64,000 nt of DNA from the human T2T-CHM13v2.0 reference genome, Homo sapiens. Below are positions 1 to 11,674 of this stretch, piece by piece. Below the pieces are notes generated by a model. The model searched no databases. It was given only the letters and a program-made list of their open reading frames with translations, and was not told the DNA's origin. The stretch is taken from NCBI RefSeq assembly GCF_009914755.1, contig NC_060947.1, one strand, 5' to 3'. The translations under genes were made by a program, and so were the position numbers. The number at the start of each line of letters is the position of its first letter. The first letter of the stretch is position 1.

Positions 1-1597
1 CCAGAAGTGACATCTGGGACTCAGGACCTAGAGTCAAAAACCTTAGAAGTCTACCTGGTGTTCTATTGTATTATGGCTGAGCTGGCACTCATACCACAAG
101 ATGCAGTCCTTCCCACTCTTCCCTTCCCTTTCCAAAGGCAGAGGAGCCTCACCCCATAGCCAGTCATCCTAGGCCAGGTAGAGTACTGTTGGACTACCAT
201 AGATGTTCCCTTGAGGCTCAGGGGCTCTTAAGTCAGCTTGGGATGAATGCTGCCTGGTCTGAGACTCACCCTTCAGAGCAGTGAGCTCCCCTCTGGCCTA
301 GGGCAGTTCCAGAAGTGTTATCCAAGAGTCAAGTCCTGGAATCACGGATTCCAAGAGCCCACTTGGTGTTCTACCCTTCTGTAGCTGTGCTGGTACCTGA
401 AGCCAGCAAGTCTCGGAGTCTCATCCAAGGCTCTCAACATAGTACCTGGGTATTGCTGCTAGTTATTCAGAGCCCAAGAGCTTTTCAGTTAACAGTTGAT
501 GAATTCTGCCAGGGCTGGGTCCTTTCCTTCAAGGCAGTCGGTTCCCTTCTGGCCTACGGTGTGTCTAGAAATGTGGACCAGGAGCTAGAGCCTGAAACAG
601 GAACCTCATAACTCTAACTGGTGCCCTATCCTGCTGTGGCTGAGCTGGTATCTAAGATGTAAGACAAAGTCCTCCCCACTCTTCCCTCTCTTCTCAAGTG
701 GAAGGGTGGGTCTCTTTTGGAGCTGTGGGCTGTCCAGCCTGGGGTTAGGGGAGGGGCGATGCCACCACTCCCTTGGCTGCCCCAGCTGGTGTCTCAGTAT
801 GTCATGTGGCCCCCCCAGTCCACACTCTGTTGGCCCAGTTCAGCACTAAGTCTTGCCTAAGAGTTGCAGTCCTTATGGCCTAGACCAGGTGTTTCCAATC
901 TTTTGGCTTCCCTGGACCACACTGAAAGAATAATTGTCTTGAGCCACACATAAAATACACTAACATTAACAATAGCTGATGAGCTAAAAAAAATTGCAGA
1001 AAAAATCTCATAATGTTTTAAGAAAGTTTACGAATTTGTGTTGGGCTGCATTCAAAACCGTCCTGGGCTGTGTATGGCCTGCAGGCCACAGGTTAGAAAA
1101 GCTTGGCCTAGACTACCTTTCAGGTTTACTTGGAGATCCAGAGCACTGTAGCTCTTGATGGAGAGGTTTGTGGGAACTCATGTTCGGGCTGCCGGGATGG
1201 GTGATTCCTCTCTGACTGGGGCTGGTTTAAATCTTCCCTCCATGGGCAGGTGTCAGGTGAGTTTGGTCCACTTTTCCTTTCTGCTCTAACAGGACAGCAC
1301 TAAATTCAATGCCTCATGATTGCTGTGTTCTTCCTTCCCCAGTGCCCAGAGATGCTCTTGGCACCACCATGTCATTGCTGCCGGGAGTGGGGGAAGGGTG
1401 ACATTGGCGATTCAGGACTGTTTTTTCTATCCCTTCAGTGCCTCTTTCAGTGATAAGAAGTTAAAACCAGTTACTATGAGTGCTCACATGATTTTTGGTT
1501 TTTATGAAGGTGTTTTTTTCTGTGTAGATAGTTGTTAAATTCGCGTCCTTGCTGGGGGGACGATCGGTGGAGGCTTCTATTCTGCCATCTTGCTTCC
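1..1597 (-). mobile_element. 5' UTR/promoter end of an old primate L1 (L1PB/L1MA-type) in LUZP4 intron 1, running off the window start
   Basis: Minus strand starts GGAAGCAAGATGGCAGAATAGAAGCCTCCACCGATCG, a typical old-L1 5' terminus with YY1 core AAGATGGC (plus gccatctt 1584-1591). GC-richer UTR-like sequence follows. Confidence 0.75.
886..1105. mobile_element. MER30 (hAT-Charlie non-autonomous DNA transposon) inserted in the L1
   Basis: 220 bp CAGGTGTTTCCAATCTTTTGGCTTCCCTGG...AAAAGCTTG flanked by a perfect 8-bp TSD GCCTAGAC (878-885, 1106-1113), the hAT signature. Confidence 0.85.
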
Positions 1598-2583
1598 TAT
1601 CCCAGAATCAGATATTTAGAGACCTGAGGCAGCACTAGTACTAAGCAAAATAATAAAGGAGTGGTTAATCTGTGTCACCCAACTGCCTCTTTTGTACCCT
1701 TTTCAGCTCTTCTTTTCTTTTAGAATCTCCAGTTTTTTCCAAATACCTAGCTTGTCCTTCTTTTTTTCTTTTTCTCTTCTTCCTGAGTGTAGCTTCCAGA
1801 AGGTGTGGGGGGCTTTTGCTTATTTCTAAAGATGCCTTAACATGAGTAAAGTTTTATCCACTGATAGAGCATCCCACCTGTAGACTCTTCCATTCTAAAT
1901 GTTAGGAGAGATATTTTAGAGCAAGTTGTACCTGTCTGCCATTCTTTAAATTATGCCATGTAAGTGCTTTCTGCCTGAGTACGTAAATATGTGCCTGACT
2001 ACAGAGTCAAGTCTGATTGCTTCCTGCTACTACAATAATCTAGGTTCCTCACTTCTGTGGTGTCTTCTATGAACTTCCATCACCACTTTCTTACTTTTGT
2101 CACTTCTTTTTTCTCTGTTAGTTTTTGATAATATACATGTAACTAATTGTCTATCACATTTAATCAGATAGACATTTAATGGTCTATCACTTTACATTTA
2201 ATTGCTGATTTACATTTATTTAGTCAGCAACTTAATGACTCTCTTGCTCTATATTTCTATGACACTGAAATAACATTTAGTAAAATCATTTATTTAGATG
2301 ATATCCCCCCTGAGCTATTGCAGTGTGAAAGTATTTTGCTTTTGCATAAATAAAGTTACCATATATCTAACAGGAATTGTTCTTTCTTGTTCCAGCAAAC
2401 CTAAGATGTCGGTACTGTTTGACCTTTGTTAGAGTTTAACAAATTTATTATTATTATTATCATTTTTAGGGCTACCAGTTTTTAGGTATTCTGAAATATG
2501 ATGAGATAAGATATAGATTATTCACTCGAGACATTATTTGGCTTTTGCCATTTTATTCATTTTTTATGTATTTTCTAATACAG

Positions 2584-2715
2584 ACGACATTATAATCTAT
2601 AAAGAGTTAGAAGGGACAAATGCTGAAGAAGAAAAGAATAAAAGACAGAACCATAGTAAAAAGGAATCGCCTTCAAGACAGCAATCAAAAGCTCATAGAC
2701 ATCGCCATCGGAGAG
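2584..2715 (+). CDS. LUZP4: LUZP4 coding exon 2: (D)DIIIYKELEGTNAEEEKNKRQNHSKKESPSRQQSKAHRHRHRR(G); includes the end of the UAP56-binding motif (..SLDDII)
   Basis: Acceptor ttttctaatacAG|ACGAC and donor GAG|GTAAAG; 132 nt, phase 1-1. Peptide matches recalled LUZP4. Confidence 0.93.
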
Positions 2716-3891
2716 GTAAAGTATGCTGAAAATAGTCACACGTGGTAAAAAGAGTCTGAAATATTTGTGAATAACTAGATAAGTAAATCAAGAATTCACA
2801 ATATTGTTCTAAAGTTGCATTATGTTGCTTGTTTTATTTTTTCTGGGCATGGGCTCATACAGGGTTGGTAAGAATTTATGCCATGTCATATGAATAAAAA
2901 TTTATTTTAATTTATAAGAATTACTTCCCTAATGGAGAGTGGGATAAAAAAAGTAACCATATGAGCTGAGAGTTATTTTGTACTTGTTTACAAGCCTGGG
3001 TTGGTTGGTCCAGTTCCACTTTTAGGAGGCAATACAGGAGGGTTAAGAGCATAGTCAATAATCTGAACACTATGGCATCCACATTTTGAAAATACAGATG
3101 TTGTAAGACAAAAAGAGAAGGGTAGAACATGACAAATGTCCTCTATATACTTAACCTCATTGGTAATTGCAGTATGCATTTTTTAATATGAATGTGCTAC
3201 AGATTGCCACGATACAGAAGTCTTTTCAACAATTAAAGGTCTTCATAATCTAGTCAACAGATTGGAACCATTTTGACATTGTGATTACTATAAGCCCCGA
3301 CAGTTGCCTATGCAGCTTCATTTAAGTTCTTGTGTGAATCTTCAGTGGCTCAGCATGTTCTGAGAAGAGAAGCGATGATAGTTATTACAGGGGCAGAGCA
3401 GCCAAAAAGGGTAACGTGGCCCATTCTTATGTGCCTAACCAGTCATCACAAAATTGATCTTTGTGAGCCTTTTGGAGATATTCTTTGATGGGTTTTTAAA
3501 CTGTCTTTATACCCAAACAAAGCAGACAATTGAGACAAATATTCACATGATTAATACAAAGCAGACAATTTCTCTCCATCTCTCCTTTTTCTACTGGAGT
3601 ATTCTTTCATTTAATTTCAGATAGTATGTCCCAACTTTGGTGGCATATGAAACCAAAATTGACGTATTATATACTGAGAAGACTACCCTATTAAGGTATG
3701 CAAATTGAAATAGTATGGCAAAGACTGTTCTAGAATTCAGTGAGACTCCCAGATGATACCAGAGTAATGAAATATCAAAAGTTTTGCAAAACCCAGTGCA
3801 TAGCCTTAAAAAAATGAGATCAGAGATAATACTTCTGAAAGATACATTGAATTTACTACTTGAAAATACAGAAAATATTTATTTTTCAAAG

Positions 3892-4010
3892 GCTACTCAA
3901 GATGCAGAAGCAACTCTGAGGAAGGAAATCATGATAAAAAACCATCCCAAAAACCTTCTGGATTCAAGTCTGGACAACACCCTTTAAATGGGCAGCCTTT
4001 AATTGAGCAG
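3892..4010 (+). CDS. LUZP4: LUZP4 coding exon 3: (G)YSRCRSNSEEGNHDKKPSQKPSGFKSGQHPLNGQPLIEQ
   Basis: Acceptor tttttcaaAG|GCTAC and donor CAG|GTAGAT; 119 nt, phase 1-0. Joins exon 2 and exon 4 in frame. Confidence 0.93.
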
Positions 4011-5029
4011 GTAGATAAGTACCAAGAATTAACCAATATTAAAAATCCTACATTTACTATATTTCCTAATATTAATGATTTACTTTAAATTCTATTGAAA
4101 GCAGGGATTGTTTCTTGGTATTCCTCCATGGTGCCTTGAACATATTTTAAATTCAATGTTTATTAGTTAATTTTTCCCCTGTAACTATTTTAATAAACAT
4201 TTGATTTTTGCTATTTTCAGTCATTACTAAAACTTTTGAATTTATAAAACGCCAAAATAGATTATTAATTATTGTCATTAATCCTATATAAGAATTTTTA
4301 TTTGTCCTCATACAGAGGCTTTGAGCTTAAGTTATAATATAAGAGTTTTAGTATCTTTGTGAATGAACTGTAAAAGCCAGAAGTCAGATGATATCAGATA
4401 TGAAATATACTCTGGAAGCAACAGGTGGCACAGACTATCCCTGTACAAATCCATTTCCTCTAAACACGTATAGGTGAGCCAGTCAATAGACAGAAATTTG
4501 AGAGGTGCTCAGATCCAGAATCATTAGCTAACATTGGTGTTAATGTTTCATCCTAGCTTATAAACTGATTCTTCTTAAGGTGTTAAGTGGTCATTTATCA
4601 AAAATGGCAGTTCTGGGAGCTTAAATCATTTTTGCCAAATCATGTAAATGCAAATGTTTATTTATTTGCTTGTTCATTTATTTGTTTTGGAGAAAAACAT
4701 GTTGCATTTTCAAATATTTAAAGGATTACTTTAAATTGTTCAAATTATGATTCAATGCCTACTCTATGCAGGCACTATGATACCAGAACAGCCTGCTTCA
4801 AATAGTCTGTGTGGTGGTGGAAGAGAAAGCTAAGAAAGAAATGTAATGCCAGGCAGTATGCAGTATGTGCTTAATAGGACATAAGTTATACATTGTGGGG
4901 ATGTAGAAATTCATTCTGATTGGGATTCTTGAGAAACTTTGATGGAAGAGATGGCATATGATCTGTGCCTTATAGGATGAGGGGATTTTTTTATACAGTT
5001 TGGGAAGAAGAACATGAGCTTCCTTCTGA

Positions 5030-5371
<342 letters not shown>

Positions 5372-6796
5372 TAGCTGAACTCACTAGAAAAAAAAAATAC
5401 CCTGCAATAAAGAAATGTATTAAAATTTAAGCATAATTATTTCACCAATAAATTGAATAATTACAGTTTTCAATAATACTTTACAATTCTATTAAGCTAG
5501 TTTCGTACTTAACAAGATTTTGTCTTATTATCAGTGGAACACAGTTGTATTTGTTCACCCCATGTATTTATTCAACACAACCTTTTGATAGAAGGCTTCA
5601 CTTGTTTGTAAGGAAAGAAAACTAATGTGCATTTTGTTTTCCAAAGGTAGGAAATACATAGTACATTTCTTATATACTTATTTCTTATATAAACATTCAT
5701 AAAAGGGACTGCAAGCTCCTTTGGAAAGGTACTTGGATACATACGGGTCTTTAGAAGATGGAACTCAGTCCTATCTTTCCTACTGACCCACTGTGCTCCC
5801 AACACCAATCACTTAGAAAAGAGAAAAGGTACATGTGCATTTCACCCAATCTCCTTATTTAGGTTTTTCAGTACAAAAGCTGGAGAGTGGCTATAGCTTT
5901 ATGTTTTAGCAAAACAACTAATTTTTTACGTTTTTATTTTAAAATAAGTTTTCTGTGCATAATACATTTTGTGCTGGTACCTCCCCTGCTGTTTAGCAGT
6001 TGCTTCCAGCTTCTGGTAGTGTTAAACTAGAAAGTCATAATGCCAAATTGAGGGGATGTTGTGTTTGTCAGGCAGCATATACTAGTAGAAAGCTTGATTT
6101 CTCAGCATGGTCTATATGACTTTATCCACTTACATTTATGTAGCATCATAGAGATTTGTCAAAGGTTTCGTTATTTCCATTTGGCTGATTCACTCCACTG
6201 TCTTTTTGGCTTAAAAATTGAAAAGGTAGAAAGGCTGTGTTGTTGCCAGGCTAATTTACTTGAATAGTATTAAGCCAACCTTCTGCTTTTTTTACAACTT
6301 CCTTTCCCCTTCCTTACTTCGTCTTTCTCTCTAGAATTAAGTATCACTTTATAATGAAAAGATAGTTTCTTTTTAATCATTGAGTAGGCAAAGAGTAAAC
6401 AATATGATTTTGAACACTTTCCTTTTGATCCTAAGGACTTACACTACAAAATATTCTATCAAAGTCACAGAATCTGTTGTTTCTTTAGTAAAACATAGAT
6501 CAAGAAATTGGTAGGTAGAACATGACCTTAGAGTACAGTCAAACTCATAAAACAACTAATTTTCCATATTTTTATTTTATTAAAGTTTTAGTTGCATAGC
6601 ATTTTTGTGCCAGTGACACGATACAATGGAGCTATTCTGTAAGTTAGTTCTAAAAACTGGTTGATAAATAAAAGTAAGCACAGTGGAATTCTAAAAGAAA
6701 TAGTTGCCCATAAAAATGGTCTTGAGAATATATCATTATGACTTAAATCATGAAGTATATGTTTCATTTGTTTTGAATAATTGGGATCCTTTTCAG

Positions 6797-7396
6797 GAGA
6801 AGTGCAGTGACAATTATGAGGCCCAAGCAGAGAAGAATCAAGGCCAGTCAGAGGGGAACCAGCATCAATCAGAAGGAAATCCGGACAAATCAGAAGAATC
6901 CCAGGGCCAACCAGAAGAAAATCATCATTCTGAGCGATCCCGAAACCACTTAGAGAGATCTCTTTCTCAGTCAGACAGATCTCAAGGGCAGCTAAAGAGA
7001 CATCATCCCCAATATGAGAGATCTCATGGCCAATACAAGAGATCTCATGGTCAATCTGAGAGATCTCATGGCCACTCAGAGAGATCTCATGGTCACTCAG
7101 AGAGATCTCATGGTCACTCAGAGAGATCTCATGGTCACTCAAAGAGATCTCGTAGCCAGGGAGATCTTGTGGACACTCAGAGTGATCTCATAGCCACTCA
7201 GAGAGATCTCATAGCCACTCAGAAAGATCTCATAGCCACTCAGAGAGATCTCATAGCCACTCAGAGAGATCTCATAGTCACTCAGAGAGATCTCGTGGCC
7301 ACTGAGAGAGATCTCATAAATCAGTCAGGGAGATCTCATGGCCAATCAGAAAGACATCAGAGATACTCAACAGGTAAAAATACAATAACTACTTAA
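6797..7396 (+). CDS. LUZP4: LUZP4 last coding exon: EKCSDNY...(SERSHGH)n...(DLIATQR)n leucine zipper...KNTITT*
   Basis: Acceptor ccttttcAG|GAG; 600 nt to TAA. With exons 2-3 and a 91-nt upstream exon this gives the recalled 313-aa protein. Confidence 0.95.
   Translation, partial: EKCSDNYEAQAEKNQGQSEGNQHQSEGNPDKSEESQGQPEENHHSERSRNHLERSLSQSDRSQGQLKRHHPQYERSHGQYKRSHGQSERSHGHSERSHGHSERSHGHSERSHGHSKRSRSQGDLVDTQSDLIATQRDLIATQKDLIATQRDLIATQRDLIVTQRDLVATERDLINQSGRSHGQSERHQRYSTGKNTITT
6815..7365 (+). repeat. Coding 21-bp minisatellite (consensus GAGAGATCTCATRGYCACTCA), about 26 units, degenerate at the 5' end
   Basis: AGATCT or a variant recurs at 6935, 6956, 6977, 6998, 7019, 7040, 7061, 7082, 7103, 7124, 7145, then 7162-7309 every 21 nt, then 7331. 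Confidence 0.95.
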
Positions 7397-7681
7397 TCAT
7401 CAGAACAATGTGTTGAATTCTGTGGAAATAGAAAAGCATATATCTATATTCTAATGGCTAAATATGTATTTGTTGAAACATGTATATTGGGACAAAGACA
7501 TAAATATTAGAATGGAGGTAATACATACATAGTATCAATATTGTTTCAACTTGATGTCCTCTAAGCTATCATCCAGTTACCCAAGATGTCCCATTAAGTT
7601 GTTCCCGGTAGGTCTGCTTTCCCTGGAAGAGCCGTATGTACTCAGCCTTTCCTATTGGGCCTTCCCCACAATTAGAATATT

Positions 7682-7753
7682 TTGACTTAGTGTCCTGTCC
7701 CCCTTGGACGTTCCAACTTGACTTAGTGTCCAGTGCCCCTTGGACATTCCAAC
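7682..7753 (+). repeat. 36-bp tandem duplication in LUZP4 3' UTR
   Basis: TTGACTTAGTGTCCTGTCCCCCTTGGACGTTCCAAC followed by TTGACTTAGTGTCCAGTGCCCCTTGGACATTCCAAC (3 mismatches). Confidence 0.9.
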
Positions 7754-8128
7754 CTGGTAGGTAAGCTAATCTAACAACTAACTGCCAAATTGATAATATA
7801 TAATCTATGATAATGAATATCTCTTTTGTGTCTCCTTCCTAAGCCATCCTCAGAGAGTCCTTAGCAGACAAATGGTAGATGTATCTTTGGGCAGCTGAAC
7901 TTTTCTGCTTTCCTCAAATCAGACCATATGAGAGGATATATTCTATGCATAGATGTAATGCTAACCTTCTGAATATATTTTGAATACATTTATATATTCA
8001 CTGTTGCCTTATAAAACTGTTAGGGTAGGTCTGTCTACCCTAGCAAAAGAAACACAGAAATTTAAATGTACTGGGAGTTATGTTGTTAAAAACACAAGAT
8101 ATGTTAACTGCAGTTTGTTTGGTTATTC

Positions 8129-8134
8129 AATAAA
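8129..8134 (+). terminator. Polyadenylation signal AATAAA of LUZP4
   Basis: Canonical hexamer followed by a U/GU-rich downstream element (gattgccttgtttgtattg, about 8158-8176). Confidence 0.75.
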
Positions 8135-8240
8135 AGTTTTAGTTTTAATTTCTCAGTGATTGCCTTGTTTGTATTGACTGTAAATGTCTAGTCAAATATT
8201 TTAGGTTCATATTAACTGCTGCACAGAATTACTTACTTCA

Positions 8241-8639
<399 letters not shown>

Positions 8640-11600
8640 CTACTTATATTAGCAGTATACACATAATCTGCTATAAAAATGAAAATGTTTAATACTGATG
8701 ACAAGCAATCCATATTTCTGCATTTATTAGGGATTTGTACACATTTTACTTAATTTTACATATCAATTTTTGTTTGTCATGTGGCATAATACTTCCATTA
8801 AGGCACTAAAAATTCTATTTAAATTATTGTCCATTGGCATATTCCTATCATTTTGCAAATACATTTTAAAATATAATGAATAAGTCCACTCAGTTTTTTT
8901 CCTTTATGTTCCATTATAATTTTTTCATATTCTCAGCACAAATAGATACCACCTGAATGGTTAAGGTTAAATTAATCAATGTAGAGCTATTACTAAAGAA
9001 TACATAAATTACAGAAAATTAACATGTATTAATTGATATTTTGGAGATTAATTATTCTACTCCATAACTTTCTACTCTAATATGTATTAGAATAACAATA
9101 AATTGACCAGATGGGTTTAATAGCACCCTTCAGAACTAAAATTTGCTTCTATACCAAGTATAAAATAAAGATTTCAGTGATTTCATGATCCCACTCAAAA
9201 TCTTCCCCTCAGGCCAGGTTCACCAGAAGGTAAAGATATGCCAGAGAGGCTACATTTCTGCTTTAAACAAACAAGTTAAATCCAGAAGGCCATTGTGGCC
9301 TTAATAAATAGCTGGGCCAACACTTCAAATAAAATATGATAGCATATTCAGAATATTATTTATTTATGAAGTTTGGAATAACTTATTTTCATTTTTGAAA
9401 AACTAATATGCCTCCCAATAAAAACTCTAAACAGGATGTATGCAAACAAGGTGTAAATTTGAATTTTTAACTCCCTTAAAATACCTGATAATTGCAGCTT
9501 TTTGTCTTCTTTCCTGATATGGTAATAATACTCATAGTCAAATGCCTTCCTTGGCTGGACTGATAGGTAGAGAGGGATAGCAGAACAAAAACTGTCTTTT
9601 GTACCCCCACTAGGTGTGGCAAAATGAAATGTGTGGCAAAATATGCATATCTTTACATTAGTTGGGCTGTCCACCTGATTAAAGCTTTTCTAAACATAGA
9701 TAATAGCTTCGGAGGAAATTACGTATTTAATTTAGTAGTGCTTGCTATTTGAACTCCAATTATAGAGTGACAACTAATATCTCATCATTTAGCATCTCTC
9801 TGGATTTTAATACTAGACAGCATTCCAAGTAATTCTTAAAATAGATTCAGGCTTGATTATAATTGACAATCAGATCTTTGGGTCTCAAATCCCTAATATA
9901 TTGTATGTCATTCTGAAGACAGACGTTTTTTCTGATACTTGATTTTATTATTTGATTTTCCTATTTTTATTCCCAAATTCTTCACTTTTCCCTAGCCCCA
10001 TTTGTTGCCTAGTTGTTCGTATTTTTCTTATTTCTTGAAAGAAGATGCCAGTGAGAATCTGGTTTGCATTTTTCTAAGGAATTGGCCTCTAATGCGGCAT
10101 AAGTAGCATGAGTAAGTGGAAGTGACATAAGAATAAGAAGACATGTCTCCATGTCCCAAATCTGTCAAAGTATATGACATTGGACAAATTAGTTAATAAC
10201 TATGCATCTCAATTTCCTAATATGTGAAAGGAGGAGTTTGGACTACATGACTTTAAAAACCTCTACCAACTAAAAACATCATATGAGTCATGAAAAATGA
10301 ATGATTTATTCATTTTTTCATTAAAAAAATTGTGGTTAAAAAGATACAAAATTTACCATCTTATCCATTTTTAAATGTACAGTTCAGTAGTAAATACATT
10401 CAAATTATTATGCAATACATCTCTAGAACTTTTTCATCTTGTAGATCTTAATTCTATACCCATTAAACAACAACTCCCCTTTTCCCACTTCCCTCAGCAT
10501 TCCCTACCATTTATTTTTTTCCTACAATTTTGACTACTTCATATACCTCATATAAGTAGAGTCATACAAGATTTGTCTTCTTGTGACTTTTATTTCACTT
10601 AGCATCTTGTCATCAACATTCATCTATACTGTAGCATGTGACAAGATTTCCTTCATCTATTAGGCTGGATGATATTTGTTGGAATGTATATACCACATTT
10701 TCTTTATCTACTCATCTATTGATAAACATTTGGCTTGCTTCCACAACTTGACTGTTATAAACAGTACTGCTAAGAACATGGATTTGTAAATCTCTTTGAG
10801 ACTACCTTTTCATTTCTTTTGGGAATATACCCAGAAGTGGGAATACTGCATCATATGGTAGTTCTATTTTGAATTTTCTGAAGAACCCTCATACTGTTTC
10901 TATACCAGTGGAACCATTTTACAGTCTCAACAGCGCACAACTGTTCCAATTTCTCCACATGCGCAGCAATACTTGTTATTTTCCATTTTTCTGGTAATAG
11001 ACAACCTAATGGATATGAAATGATATCTCACTGTGGCTTTCATTTTCGTTTCTCTAATGATTAGTGATGTTGAGCATCTTTTCACATGCTTGTTGTGCAT
11101 TTGTATATCATCTTTGGAGAAATGGCTGTTCAAGTCCTTTACCTGCTTTTTAATTGGGTTATTTGAGTTTTTGATGTTGTAGGAGTTCCTTATATATTCT
11201 GGATATTAACCTTTTATTGATACATGATTTGCAAATATTTTCTCCCATTGCATAGGTTGTCATTTCACCCTGTTGATTGTGTCTTTTGATGCACAAAAGT
11301 TCTTAACTTTAATATAGTCTCATTTGCATATTTTTTGTTCTTATTGCTTGTACTTTTGATGTCCGTTCCAAGAAATTATTACTAATTCCAGTATCATGAA
11401 GCTTTCCCCTATGTTTTCTTTAGGAGTTTTATTGTTTTAGATCTTTAATCCATTTTCAATTAATTTTTGTATATGGTATATGATAAGGGTCAAACTCCAT
11501 TCTTTCGCATGTGGATATTCAGTTTTCCTAATACCATTTGTTGAAAAGATTGTCTTTTCCCCGGTGAGTGGTCTTGGCACCCTGGTTGAAGATCATTTAA

Positions 11601-11674
11601 TCATATAACCAAAGGTTTATTTCTGGGCTTTTTATTCTATTCCTGTAGTCTGTCTTTATGCCAGTATGATGCCA

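Larger units (their letters stand above)
7397..8156 (+). other. LUZP4: LUZP4 3' UTR
   Basis: Runs from the stop codon to a probable cleavage site about 20 nt after AATAAA. Exact 3' end is inferred. Confidence 0.7.

Noticed and set aside
6704-6796. N-terminal 31 codons of the 230-aa ORF; likewise ORF-track starts at 2538 and the 3784-3987 ORF
   Set aside because: These are intronic extensions upstream of the real splice acceptors. 3784-3987 is the wrong frame for exon 3.
6588-7142. 184-aa antisense ORF with (SDHEISL)n repeats
   Set aside because: It is the reverse-strand shadow of the LUZP4 21-bp repeat; a stop-free unit automatically gives a long ORF. No independent gene signals.
6935-7365. 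Regularly spaced palindromic repeats resembling a CRISPR array
   Set aside because: Contiguous tandem units with no unique spacers, inside a human coding exon, and no cas genes.
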